In this document: piece by piece, positions 33,836 to 44,708 of the stretch
Layout of the letters: every line of letters begins with the position of its first letter
How positions within the stretch are numbered: the first letter of the stretch is position 1
Assembly (NCBI GenBank): GCA_963726745.1
Contig: CAVSDR010000006.1
Span: 800,001-864,000 of the forward strand
Source: an uncultured Verrucomicrobiae bacterium
GTDB lineage: Bacteria; Verrucomicrobiota; Verrucomicrobiia; Chthoniobacterales; UBA10450
DNA: 64,000 nucleotides
Reading direction: 5' to 3'
Position numbers and translations under genes: made by a program
Notes under the pieces: generated by a model
The model's input: only the letters and a program-made list of their open reading frames with translations
What the model was told of the DNA's origin: nothing
Database searches by the model: none

Positions 33836-36800
33836 CCATCCGCCCCCTCGTATTCAGCGTGCTCTTCATCGCCTCCGCGTTCGCGGCTGCGGAAACGCTC
33901 ATCGACCCGGATTTCCGCGCGCCCATTTTCGCGCGCCCGAGCATTCCCCAGCGAGCTCTCCTCCTCTCGGATGGGAAGTATTTTCTCTTTCGCAATCCCG
34001 AGACGCTGGCAATCGGCGCGCCGCGCCTTTGACTCGCTACCTTGGGAACGGCGCGCTTGATTCGTCCTTTCAGTTCACGCGCGATTATCAGGCCGTCGGC
34101 GCGGTGGAGCCGTTGCTCGAATGGCCAGTTCGTCATCGCCGCGACGCATCTATGTTTACAGCGAGAAATTCGGCACGGAGCGAATCCTGCGCATCAACGC
34201 TGATGGCTCGATCGATCCGAGCTTCAACGCAGTCGAGGTCGGCCGGTTCGAAATCGGCTATATCTGGATGCTGACTGCGCAGCCGGACGGCAAAATTTCG
34301 GCAACGGGCTCTTTCCTGAGCTTCGCCGGCAGCTCGCGCCAAAAAATTGTGCGCCTCTGAGCGACGGCAACCTCGACGGCACTTCAATCCGCCGCAGTTC
34401 TCGACCAGCAGCGGGATCTGGGCGCGGCCCATCATTTTGTCGGATGGCAGGATCGTGGTCGCGGGGGATTTCACCACCCTGAATGGAAGCGCGAGCCGGG
34501 GCGTAGCCCGGCTTCTGCCGGACGGGGTGCTGGACTCCTCGTTCACGCCTAGCGGATTTACTCGCGCCGCCGTCATCCGCCGGATCCTGCTCCTGCCTGA
34601 CGACAAGCTCCTGCTCGCAGGCCGATTCTTCCCTATCGGCGGATCCCAAAGCTCCCTTATCCGCCTAACGAGTGGCGGCGCGGCCGACCCAGCTTTTTCC
34701 ATGGCGGCGACGAGCGCGGCAGCGCGCGATGTCGTCCAGCAGAGTGATGGCCGCATGGTCGTCGCGGCCGGAAATTCCCTCTATCGTTACAGCACGAACG
34801 GATCGCCGGACGGCACTTTCACTTTTCACTATTTCGTCGACGCAGCCCAGGATAACTGGAGCTTCGGCACGGCCTCGACGCTTTCGCTCCTGCAGGACGG
34901 TCGAATCTTCGTGGGAGGAAACTTCACGGACGTGGATGTGGCCGGCATAGACCACTTCGGAGTGGCATTGTTCGATGCCAACGGCAACATCGACGCCGGT
35001 CTCCGCACCAGCCATCAAACAGCCAGTGAGCTGGCCCCCACGAGTTTTCGGCGAATGTCCGACGGCTCGGTGCTCACCAGCTTTGGTTATTCGCTCGGCT
35101 TTCTCATGCCCGCGGTTCCCTATAATTTCGCCCGCCTGCAGCTGGATGGGACGCTGGTGCAGGGCGCGGTTCTCAGCACGACGGATCCCGGTAGCACCCT
35201 GAACCAGGGCTTCCGCGCGCGGGAATTCGTCGAGTTGGCGGACGGCCGCCTGTTCACATTCGGCTACGGCAGCGCCGCTTTCTTCGCTAACGGCGCAGAG
35301 GATGAAGGCTTCCGGCTGAATACCCTCATCGACCCGATAAAGGCCTTCGCGCTCCCGGACGCCGGCGTCCTTGTGGTAAGTCAGAGTCAGCCTGTCCTTA
35401 CGCGCCTGACGGCCAGCGGAGGCTCAAACGACCGCTTCGCGTGCGATGCCTCTATCTGATCCGGCCACGGTCATAGTCGATCCGAACTTCGGCGTCACGG
35501 AAGCCTGGCTGGGCCGGCGCGTCCTCGCGATTCAGCCCGATGGCAAAATCCTCTTCATCTACTTTGCCTCGGATTATCTCTTCCACTTCGTTCGTCTGAA
35601 CGCCGATGGCTCACTCGATCCGAGCTTCAATGGCACCACGCTGCCGGCCTTCGACCTGAGCTTCGGGAGCACAAACATCTTCGATCCTTACACCTACTCC
35701 TTTCACGTCCCTGCGAATGGCGAATACGTCGCCAACCGCCGCTCTTTGACGCCGAGATTTTGCCGGACGGCAGGATTCTACTCGCGGGGCGATTCACTTC
35801 CTACGGCGGCCTGCCCGCGCGTGGACTGGTGCGCCTGCTGCCGGATGGAACGGTCGACAACAACTTCAGCGCCGGCGGTGGCGCGCAATGGACCTCGACC
35901 ATGGAAACGGCCGCCCTCGTTCCCGCCGTGGAGCAAATCGAAAAGCAGAACGACGGGACTTTCCTCCTTGGCGGCACCTTTGAAAAATTTAACGGAACGC
36001 CCGCACCAGGCCTGGTGCTGATCCACGGCGACGGCTCGGTCGATTCTTCGCTGTCGCCTGTCCCGGAGCGGAAAAAATTCCGCCGTGGCGTAACCAGCCT
36101 CGACAGGCAGGCGGACGGTTCGTTTCTATTGAGCGGGCATATGCCTTCCCGGGAGAAACAGAGCCGTCATTCATTCACCTTAAAAGCACTGGCGGCGTGC
36201 CTGTGATTGGCAGCGTGCCGCTCGCCACCGCAATCGTCGGCCGGCCGTTCAACTACCGGGTCGTCGCCAGCGGAGAACCGGCCAGCTACAGCGCGAGCGG
36301 ACTGCCCGGCGGATTTACAAAGATCCGCAAAGCGGCGTGGTTTCAGGCGAGGCAACGGGCGCGAATGTAGGCGTGCATTCCATCGTCCTCACCGCCGCAA
36401 ATGCGGAGGGCACCAGCGCCCCGGTACGTGCTAACGCTGACCGTCCCTCCTCTTCCACAATTGCTCGCCGCGGCCTCACGCAAAACACACGGCAGCGCGA
36501 ACACCGACTTTGACATCGACCTACCTTTAACCGGAGCTCTGGGCATCGAATGCCGCGTGGACAACACAGCGGCTCGCTCTTCCTCGTCCTGACTTTCAAC
36601 AACGATGTCTCGGGCGGGACCGCCTCCGTCATGCCGGCGGAGCCACGCTTGCAGCGCAATTTTCGCCGGATGGCCGCCACGCTTTTGTTTCTCTCGACAA
36701 CGTCGCGAATGCGCAGGTCGTGCGTGTGCAGCTCGGCAATGTGAGGGATCGCTACCTGCAACTCATGCCCAATACAGAAATCAGCCTCGGTGTGCTGCGG

Positions 36801-37016
36801 GGCGATGTGAACGGCGATGGCACGGTGAACGTGAGCGATGCACTGGTGACACGTGGACGCTCAGGGAGCGGACTGGATCCGTTGACCTTCCGCGCGGACG
36901 TCAATCGCGATGGCAGCATCAACTCCGGCGATTCCATCGCTGTCCGAAGCCAGTCCGGCACCGGACTGACCCTCGCTGCAGAGCAGGGTTTCGAGAAATC
37001 CGCGCGCAGCCAATAG
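33832..37016 (+). CDS. Large secreted delta-60-repeat protein with Ig-like, 'SRKTHG' and dockerin-like domains; multiply frameshifted (possible pseudogene)
   Basis: Repeated 'RLNADGSLDPSF' / 'QPDGKI' units over about 10 ORF fragments; C-terminal 'GDVNGDGTVNVSD...ADVNRDGSINSGD'. Confidence 0.75.
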
Positions 37017-37274
37017 GCGATTCGCGCGAGTTCAAAAGCGTGCGCCTTTTGAGGTGCGCCCCTTCCCCACCGGAAGTGCCCGGGTAGAATTAGATCGTCC
37101 GGCAGGTAAAAACGCACCTGCACGGCGGGATGCGCGCATATAGGGTGGATGCGCGCATGCAGGAATATCGTCATGCGTTAGGGAAGGCCGTGCTGCGGGG
37201 CCGCTAGACGACGGCGCCCGCAGAAAAGCACTTGCCACCGCTTCCCCGCGCCGCCGACAGTCGTCGCCTGAAAG

Positions 37275-39101
37275 ATGGCTGATCTCCCTGCGGCACCTGG
37301 CGTGCATCGCCCGCGCAACGTCGATTGGAAACGCGCTGCGGCGTTGCTCTACGGCGACTGGGGGACGAGCAAGGCTTACGTCATTGGCCTGGCCTTTGTC
37401 GCGGCGGGGTTCGCTTCGCTGCCGATCATCCTCGCGGTCTGCGTGCTCACCGCGGTGGTGGCTTACAACTACATCATCGTCTGCTCGCATTTCCCCGATG
37501 GCGGCGGGGTTTACTCGGCGGCGCGGGAGCAGAGCCGCTTCCTGGCCTCAACCGGCGCGCTCCTCCTGGTGGCGAATTTCATGGTCACGGCTGCGCTCAG
37601 TGGCTGGGCGGCGGTGAGCTACTTCGGCGTGCCGGCGCAATACGCGCCGCATGCGACCATGATCCTGGTCGCGCTCGTGGGGGTGATCAATTACTTCGGG
37701 CCGAAACACAGCGGGAGCGTTTCCCTTTGGCTCGCGCTCCCGGCGGTGGCGGTGGTCCTGGTGATCATTGCGCTGAGCGCGCCGCATTTGACCACGGTGC
37801 ATCTGGAGCCGCGGCATGCCGATCTGGGGCACACCTGGATCGCGTTTGTGGGCGTGATCCTCGCGCTCAGCGGCGTGGAAGCGGTCGCCAATATCACCGG
37901 CGTGATGAAGGCCGACAAAGGCTCGTCGCCGGACCACCCGACGGTGCGCAAGACGGCCACGAAGGCGATCGTGCCGGTGGCTTTCGAGGTCGTGGTGGGG
38001 ACGGCGCTGCTCGGCTGGGCCATGCTCTCGATGCCGAAGGAATTCACCGGCGCCCTCACCGCGCACAAGGAAGACATGCTGCGCTTTCTCGCGGAGCACT
38101 ACAGCGGCTTGGTCGCGGGCGCGGCGGTCAGCCAGGTGCTCGGGATCGTCGTCGGCGTGGTCTTCGGGTTGCTCCTCTTCAGCGCGGTCAACACCGCGGT
38201 GGTCGCGCTCGTGGGCGTGATCTACATGATGGCGCAGGATGGCGAGATGCCGCGCCAGCTCGCGCGGCTCAACCGCCACGGCGTCCCGCTCACGCCCTTG
38301 CTCATCGCCACCGGCATTCCCATTCTCATCCTCGCGGTCACGAAGGAATTCGAAGGCCTCGCCGGGCTTTACGCGATCGGCGTCGTCGGCGCGATCGCGG
38401 TCAATCTCGGCGCCTGCACCTTCAACAAAAAGCTCGCGCTCCGCTGGTATGAGCGCGGCGTCATGGGGCTGACTTTCTTTGTCCTCGCGGCGGTCGAGAT
38501 CACCATCGCCAAGACCAAGCCGGGCGCGCTTTTCTTCGCCGCCTGCGTCCTCGGCGCCGGCTACGCGCTCCGGGCCTACTCGCACAAGCTCTCCGGCCTA
38601 AAGACGGTCACGGTCTCCCGCGGCGTGGCCGCGATGGTGACGCCCGATCTGCACATGGCCATCCAGCCGCGGCTCGAGGAAGGGGCCAAGATCATGGTCG
38701 CGGCCCGCGGGATCACGCCCGTGCTCGGCTTTGCCCTCGAGGAAGCGCAGCTGCGCAAGGCCGTGCTCTGCGTTCTCTTCGTGAAAGAAATTGCCGTCTA
38801 TTTCTCGGCCGCGGCCACGCTCCCGCACCGCACGAAATGGCAGGACGACCCGGAAGCGAACGCGATCATGTCGCTCATGCTCAAGCTCGGCGAGGAACGC
38901 GGCGTCTGCGTGCTCCCGGTTTACGCGGTCAGCGAAAACGCTTCCGCCACCATCCTCGACCTCTCCGCGACCATGGGAGTGGATTACCTCATGATCGGCG
39001 CCTCGCAGCGCACCGCGATGGCGCATCTGCTTCGCGGCAGCGTGGTCACGAACGTGGCCGCGCAACTGCCCGACGAGATCCGGCTGGTTATTTTTGGCTA
39101 A
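37275..39101 (+). CDS. APC-superfamily (KimA/KUP-like) transporter with C-terminal USP domain
   Basis: 'YGDWGTSKAY', 'FPDGGGVY', 'SGVEAVAN', 'LYAIGV'; USP tail 'IGASQR...LRGSV'. Confidence 0.8.
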   Translation: MADLPAAPGVHRPRNVDWKRAAALLYGDWGTSKAYVIGLAFVAAGFASLPIILAVCVLTAVVAYNYIIVCSHFPDGGGVYSAAREQSRFLASTGALLLVANFMVTAALSGWAAVSYFGVPAQYAPHATMILVALVGVINYFGPKHSGSVSLWLALPAVAVVLVIIALSAPHLTTVHLEPRHADLGHTWIAFVGVILALSGVEAVANITGVMKADKGSSPDHPTVRKTATKAIVPVAFEVVVGTALLGWAMLSMPKEFTGALTAHKEDMLRFLAEHYSGLVAGAAVSQVLGIVVGVVFGLLLFSAVNTAVVALVGVIYMMAQDGEMPRQLARLNRHGVPLTPLLIATGIPILILAVTKEFEGLAGLYAIGVVGAIAVNLGACTFNKKLALRWYERGVMGLTFFVLAAVEITIAKTKPGALFFAACVLGAGYALRAYSHKLSGLKTVTVSRGVAAMVTPDLHMAIQPRLEEGAKIMVAARGITPVLGFALEEAQLRKAVLCVLFVKEIAVYFSAAATLPHRTKWQDDPEANAIMSLMLKLGEERGVCVLPVYAVSENASATILDLSATMGVDYLMIGASQRTAMAHLLRGSVVTNVAAQLPDEIRLVIFG

Positions 39102-39161
39102 GCCCCGCGCGCAGGCTTCGGGTTTGACGCCCGGCGCGTGACCGCGTCTCCTTTTGCTCCC

Positions 39162-40754
39162 ATGACCCCGCCGAAAGTCCTCATCGCTGATCCCGTTTCG
39201 CCCCGCGGTGTGGAAGAACTCTCGCGCGACGGCGCCCTGGAGGTGCTCTTCAAGACCGGCCTCACGGAGGCGGAGTTGATCGAGCTTATCCCAAGTTTCC
39301 AGGCGCTCGTGGTCCGCAGCGAAACCAAGGTGACCAAGGCCGTGCTCGAGGCCGCGCCGCAGCTGCGCGTGGTCGGTCGCGCCGGCGTCGGGGTGGACAA
39401 TGTCGATGTCGACGCGGCCACCCGCCGCGGGGTCATCGTGATGAACGCACCCGGCGGTAATACCGTCTCGACCGCAGAGCACGCTTTCTCGCTCCTCCTC
39501 TGCGTCGCGCGCAAAATCCCGCAGGCCGACGCCATGGTCCGCACCGGGAAGTGGAGCCGGAAGGAATTCCAGGGCGTGGAATTAAACAACAAGTCGTTAG
39601 GCATTATCGGCATGGGCCGGATCGGGAGCGAGCTCAGCCGGCGCGCGATCGCCTTCGGGATGCGCGTGCTTGCCTTCGATCCCTACCTCTCCGCGGCCCG
39701 TGCGCGGGCCTTGCAGGTGGAGTTAATGGACGACCTCGGCGAGCTCCTGGCGCGGGCCGATTTCATCACTTTGCACACTCCGCTCACGCCCGAGACGCAC
39801 CACGTGCTCAACGCCACGCGGCTGGCGCAGACGAAGCGGGGCGTGCGGATCATCAACTGCGCGCGCGGCGGCTTGATCGACGAAGCGGCTTTAGCCGACG
39901 CTTTGCGCAGCGGGCAGGTGGCCGCAGCCGCGCTCGATGTTTTCGAGACCGAGCCGCTGCCTAACGACTCCTTCCTCCGCGAAATCCCGAACCTGGTGCT
40001 GACCCCGCACCTCGGCGCTTCGACCGCAGAAGCGCAGGAAAGTGTGGGGATCGAGATCGCGGAATCGATCCGGGCCGCGCTCCTCGAAGGGACAATCCGC
40101 AACGCGGTCAACATGCCGAATCTGGATGCGAAGACGCTCGCGGTCATCGGGCCGCACCTCGCCTTCGGCGAAAAGCTCGGGCGTTTCCTCTCGCAGCTCG
40201 CGCCCCAGCATGTCGACTATTTAAACATCAACTACAGCGGGAAGGTGAACGAAGTCGATACCACTGCGATCACGCGTTCGGTCTTGAAAGGCTTCCTCCA
40301 AAAAGCCGGCGGGATCGAGGTCAACGAAGTCAACGCGCCGGCCTACGCCGAAAGCCGCGGACTCAAGATCACCGAGACGCGTCTGAGTGCGGTCGGCGAT
40401 TACAGCGACCTGCTCGAGCTCTCCGTCGGGACGACCGGCTCGAGTGTTTCCGTGGCCGGTGCCTTCTTCGGCGCGACGCCGCGGATCGTGAACATCAACG
40501 CCCGCCCGGTGGAAGCCCGGCCGCACGGCGTCGTCCTCGTGCTCGAGAACAGCGATCGCCCCGGCATCGTCGGCCGCATCGGCACGCTCCTCGGCGACCA
40601 CGGGGTCAACATCGCCACCATGTCGCTCAGCCGGAACGAAGCCGGTGGGACCGCACTTACCGTGCTCAACCTCGACACGGTCCCCGACGCCGATTTGCTG
40701 GCCACGATTCGCGGCAGCGAAGACATCCGCTCGGCGCAGGTCATCCAGCTCTAG
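39162..40754 (+). CDS. serA: D-3-phosphoglycerate dehydrogenase (long ASB+ACT form)
   Basis: 'RAGVGVDN', 'GMGRIG', 'NCARGG', 'TPHLGASTAEAQ', ACT 'DRPGIVG'. Confidence 0.96.
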   Translation: MTPPKVLIADPVSPRGVEELSRDGALEVLFKTGLTEAELIELIPSFQALVVRSETKVTKAVLEAAPQLRVVGRAGVGVDNVDVDAATRRGVIVMNAPGGNTVSTAEHAFSLLLCVARKIPQADAMVRTGKWSRKEFQGVELNNKSLGIIGMGRIGSELSRRAIAFGMRVLAFDPYLSAARARALQVELMDDLGELLARADFITLHTPLTPETHHVLNATRLAQTKRGVRIINCARGGLIDEAALADALRSGQVAAAALDVFETEPLPNDSFLREIPNLVLTPHLGASTAEAQESVGIEIAESIRAALLEGTIRNAVNMPNLDAKTLAVIGPHLAFGEKLGRFLSQLAPQHVDYLNINYSGKVNEVDTTAITRSVLKGFLQKAGGIEVNEVNAPAYAESRGLKITETRLSAVGDYSDLLELSVGTTGSSVSVAGAFFGATPRIVNINARPVEARPHGVVLVLENSDRPGIVGRIGTLLGDHGVNIATMSLSRNEAGGTALTVLNLDTVPDADLLATIRGSEDIRSAQVIQL

Positions 40755-40809
40755 CCGCTTCGCGAAATTCCGCTTCCGCTTCCGGCGACAGTTCGTTAGC
40801 CTGCGCCTC

Positions 40810-41070
40810 ATGAGTCTCTCTGCCATCCTCATCACCTGCGTGATCGGTCTTGTCGTCGGCGCCATCGCCAAGCTTCTGATGCCGGGAAAAGATCCGGGCG
40901 GTTGCATCATTACCATGCTCCTCGGTATCGCCGGCGCCTGGCTGGGAACCTTTGTTGGACGGGCCACTTTCGGGGGCGACAGCTACGCCGCCGGCTGGAT
41001 CATGTCGATCGTGGGCGCGATGATCCTGCTCCTGATCTACCGGATGATTTTCGGCCGGCGCAGCTCCTAG
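40810..41070 (+). CDS. GlsB/YeaQ/YmgE family membrane protein
   Basis: 'IGLVVGAIAKLLMPGKDPGGCIITMLLGIAGA'. Confidence 0.9.
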   Translation: MSLSAILITCVIGLVVGAIAKLLMPGKDPGGCIITMLLGIAGAWLGTFVGRATFGGDSYAAGWIMSIVGAMILLLIYRMIFGRRSS

Positions 41071-41133
41071 GCGTCCACTCGTTAGGCCAAGGCTGGCGCT
41101 TGCCAAGCGGCGGCCGCGGTGCGCTCGTGGCCG

Positions 41134-42093
41134 ATGCAGCAGCAGCGGCCATCCCGTGCGGCGATCCTCCTGGCGTTCGCCTCGCTTTACGTCATCTGGG
41201 GTTCGACCTACCTCGGCATCTTGCTGGCTATCCGCACGATCCCGCCGCTGCTCATGGCCGGGACGCGCTTCCTTCTCGCGGGCGCGATTCTCTATGCGGC
41301 GGCGCGCTTCACCGGGGCCGCCCGGCCGCGGCTGATCGAGTGGCGCACCGCCTGGATCGTAGGCGCCTGCCTTCTGCTCGGGGGCAACGGCGGGGTCACG
41401 CTCTCCGAGCAATACATTCCCACCGGCCTGGCCGCGCTCCTGGTGGCCACGGTCCCGCTTTACATCGCGCTCTTGAGCTGGGCCTTCGGGCTGACCGCGC
41501 GGCCCGGACGCTGGACGCTTATCGGATTAGCCGGCGGCTTCCTTGGGGTCGGCGTGCTCGTGGGGCCGGCGGTGCACTTTTCCGGCAGCGCGGCGGACAC
41601 GCGCGCCTGGGTCGGGATGGTGATCCTGCTTTGCTCCTCCTTCATCTGGTCGGCCGGCTCGCTCTACTCCCGGCAGGCGCCGAGCGCTTCCTCGCCTTTC
41701 CTCGCCGCCGGCCAGCAGATGCTCTGCGGCGGCGGCTCGCTCATCGCGGTCGCCTTGGTCAAGGGCGAGTGGGCGCAATTCCACCCAGGAGCGATCACCC
41801 TGGTTTCGTTAGGGGCGTTCCTCTACCTGGTCTTCATCGGAGGAATCATCGGTTACGCCTCCTACGCCTGGCTTCTGCGCTACTGCGATCCCGCAAATGT
41901 CTCCACTTACGCCTACGTCAATCCGGTGGTCGCGATCCTGCTCGGCTCGGTTTTCCTCGATGAAAAACTCAGCCTGCGCATCCTCGTGGCCGCCTTCCTG
42001 ATCATCGCCTCGGTCGCGCTCATTATTACTCGCGGCAAAGTGCGCGCAAAACGCGGCCAACTAATCGCCGGCAAACCCGTGCCCGCGGCCTAA
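41134..42093 (+). CDS. EamA/DMT transporter (YedA-like)
   Basis: 'YVIWGSTY', 'YAYVNPVVAILLG'; about 10 TM helices. Confidence 0.9.
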   Translation: MQQQRPSRAAILLAFASLYVIWGSTYLGILLAIRTIPPLLMAGTRFLLAGAILYAAARFTGAARPRLIEWRTAWIVGACLLLGGNGGVTLSEQYIPTGLAALLVATVPLYIALLSWAFGLTARPGRWTLIGLAGGFLGVGVLVGPAVHFSGSAADTRAWVGMVILLCSSFIWSAGSLYSRQAPSASSPFLAAGQQMLCGGGSLIAVALVKGEWAQFHPGAITLVSLGAFLYLVFIGGIIGYASYAWLLRYCDPANVSTYAYVNPVVAILLGSVFLDEKLSLRILVAAFLIIASVALIITRGKVRAKRGQLIAGKPVPAA

Positions 42094-42097
42094 CGAC

Positions 42098-44659
42098 TCA
42101 TTCCGTGCGCAGCGCGGCCATCGGGCTGATCCGCGTGGCCCGGCGCGCCGGGAGCCAGGTGGCGAGCAACGCCGCCGCTGCGAGCACCAGCGGCGCGAGG
42201 GCAAAGGCCAACGGGTCGAACGCGCCCACTTCGTAGAGAATGCCGGCTAATAATTTGCCGGTTGCGGCCGCCAGGAGCAGCCCGAGGACAATTCCGCTCG
42301 CAAGCATCACCAAACCTTCGCGCAGGATCATCCATTGCATGGTCTCGCGCCGCGCGCCCAGCGCCATGCGGATGCCGATCTCGCGCGTGCGCCGCGCGAC
42401 CGAATACGCCTTCACGCCGTAGACGCCGACGACCGCAAGCCCGAGCGCGACCAAACCGAAAACGCTGAAGAGCGTCGCGCCCGCGCGCACCAGCCAAAGC
42501 TCGATGTTCGCCTCGAGGTGTTGCGCGAAAGTTTTGAGCGACAAGATCGGCAGCACGCTGTCGACCTGGCGCACGGCGCGCCGGATCACATCGGCCGTCG
42601 CGGTCACGTCGCCCGCCGCGCCGGGGGCAAAGCGCAGATGAAAAAAGACGTTTCCCTGGTAACCGCCAGCGAAAGGCAGGTAGATCGCGCCCGGCGGATT
42701 TTTCTCGAACAGGCTGTGGCGCGCATAAGGCACGATGCCGACTACCTCGAGCACGCGCGTCGTTTCCACACTCTCGGCCGCCCCAGCTTTAGCCGACACT
42801 TTCTCCTTCTCGGTAGACTGAATTTGCTGCCCGAGCGCGTCACCGTCCGGCCACAATTTCTTTGCAAGGACTTCATCGATGATCGCCACTCGCGGCGTCG
42901 CTTCGTGCATCGCCTCCGCGGCGGAAAAAGCGCGGCCGCGCCGGACGGGTAATCCGACGGTCGCGAAATAATCCGCGCCCACGCTGTTCAAGTTTGCGCT
43001 GAAGGCGAGGCCCTCCGCGGGCGTGGCCGGTTTCGCGTCCGCCGGCGGATGAACACCGCCGCGTTGGATTGATTTTCGGATCGTGACCATGCCGAACGGA
43101 ACCACCCCGGCGATGCTGGCGTGTTCCACACCCGGAAGCGCCGCGAGGCGTTCCTCGAGCTGGCGGTAGAGATCCATCCCGCGTGCTTGATCGTAACCCG
43201 CGAGGCTGGCGTCGACTTCGACCAGGAAATTCTGCTCCGTCTGCAAGCCGGTCTTGACCGAGGCGGCTTTGAAGGCGCCCCGGATGAAGAGCGTGGCCGC
43301 GGTCAGGAGCGCGAGCGAAAAGGCGATTTGCACGACGACCAGCGGGTTGCGCGGAAGAAATTTCCAGCGGCGGCGGACCGCGTCTTCGCCCGGATGTTCC
43401 TTCAGATCGCCCAGGACGGCGCCGCGCGAGATTTTCATCGCCGGGCCGAGCGCAAAACCGAGCGTGCCGAGCACGCAAAAGCCGAGAGTGGCCAGCAGGA
43501 TGGAAGAGTCCAGGCCACCAGCCCAGACGAGGTCGAAGGGCATCATCCGGCCTAACGAGGCCACGAGCAGATCGGACGACCAGAGGCCGAGGAACAAGCC
43601 GCCCGCGCCGCCGGCGAGCGCGAGGACGAAACCTTCCACGAGCAGTTGCCGCACAATTCGCCAGCGGCTCGCGCCGAGCGCAAGGCGGACGGCAATTTCC
43701 TTCCGCCGCGCGGTCCCGCGCGCCAGGAGCATGTTGGCTAAATTCAAACAAGCCACGAGCAGGACGACCGCCGCCATTCCGAAAAGCAGCGGCCCGAGCG
43801 CGCTCACCTCGCTGTCGCTCGAAGGCGCCGTGCTTGTCCCGAGACGCGAGAGCGGCGCGGTCATGAACGTCTGGTCTTTTTGCTCCACCGGAAACGCCTG
43901 CTCGAGATTGGCCGCGAGCGTCTGCAAGGCCGGCGCGGCGGCGGCGGCGGTGACCCCGGCTTTCAGGCGTGCGATCAGGAGCAGCTGCTGGCCCGCGCGA
44001 TCGTCCAAGGTCGTGCGGGTGGAGGATTGGAAATCGCTTTCGAGTTGCTCGTAGACGCCGAGCGGCACCCAGATTTCCGGCGAGAAAAGATTCATCGTGC
44101 CGGTAAAACCGGCCGGCAAAATCCCAATGACCGTGAAGGGCCGGCCGTTGACCTGGATCTCTGAGCCGAGGAGCCCGGGCGAGAGCGCCTGTTTTTGCCA
44201 ATAGCGGTAGCTGACGATCGCGACCGCGGCCTTGCTCCCGGGCTTCTCTTCCTCGTCGGTGAAGGTGCGCCCCTGGATCGGCGCGACTCCGAGAACGCTG
44301 AAGTAATTCGACGAAACGATGTCGGCGAAGGTCCGGCGCGTGTTCCCCTGCTCGCCCACGCCGACCATCGCGAGATTATGCGCGAGCACGCCAGCGAAGA
44401 CGGAGTTTTGCTCGCGCAGATCGCGATAGGTCGGGTAGGAAAAACCGCGAAACTTCTTCGGGTCTTTCCGGTCCTGCGAAAAGATCTGCACGATCTCCTG
44501 CGCCTGCGGATAAGCCGGCGGCCGCAGGAGCAAGGTATCGAGCAGGCTGAAGATGGCTGCGTTCGCCCCGATACCGCAGGCGAGGACAAGAATAGCCGAC
44601 AAGCTGAAGGCCGGCGCCTTCAGCAATTGCCGCACGGCAAAACGCAGGTCGTTGATCAT
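42098..44659 (-). CDS. Duplicated MacB/FtsX-type ABC permease (ADOP-like)
   Basis: 'DLRFAVRQLLKAPAF', 'LLVACLNLANMLLAR...EIAVRLALGA', 'RTREIGIRMALGA', 'PARRATRISPMAALRTE'. Confidence 0.9.
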   Translation of the reverse strand: MINDLRFAVRQLLKAPAFSLSAILVLACGIGANAAIFSLLDTLLLRPPAYPQAQEIVQIFSQDRKDPKKFRGFSYPTYRDLREQNSVFAGVLAHNLAMVGVGEQGNTRRTFADIVSSNYFSVLGVAPIQGRTFTDEEEKPGSKAAVAIVSYRYWQKQALSPGLLGSEIQVNGRPFTVIGILPAGFTGTMNLFSPEIWVPLGVYEQLESDFQSSTRTTLDDRAGQQLLLIARLKAGVTAAAAAPALQTLAANLEQAFPVEQKDQTFMTAPLSRLGTSTAPSSDSEVSALGPLLFGMAAVVLLVACLNLANMLLARGTARRKEIAVRLALGASRWRIVRQLLVEGFVLALAGGAGGLFLGLWSSDLLVASLGRMMPFDLVWAGGLDSSILLATLGFCVLGTLGFALGPAMKISRGAVLGDLKEHPGEDAVRRRWKFLPRNPLVVVQIAFSLALLTAATLFIRGAFKAASVKTGLQTEQNFLVEVDASLAGYDQARGMDLYRQLEERLAALPGVEHASIAGVVPFGMVTIRKSIQRGGVHPPADAKPATPAEGLAFSANLNSVGADYFATVGLPVRRGRAFSAAEAMHEATPRVAIIDEVLAKKLWPDGDALGQQIQSTEKEKVSAKAGAAESVETTRVLEVVGIVPYARHSLFEKNPPGAIYLPFAGGYQGNVFFHLRFAPGAAGDVTATADVIRRAVRQVDSVLPILSLKTFAQHLEANIELWLVRAGATLFSVFGLVALGLAVVGVYGVKAYSVARRTREIGIRMALGARRETMQWMILREGLVMLASGIVLGLLLAAATGKLLAGILYEVGAFDPLAFALAPLVLAAAALLATWLPARRATRISPMAALRTE

Positions 44660-44708
44660 GGTCAACGATCTGATGCGGCTCGCGGGCCCGCTGGATTCAA
44701 CGAACTCG

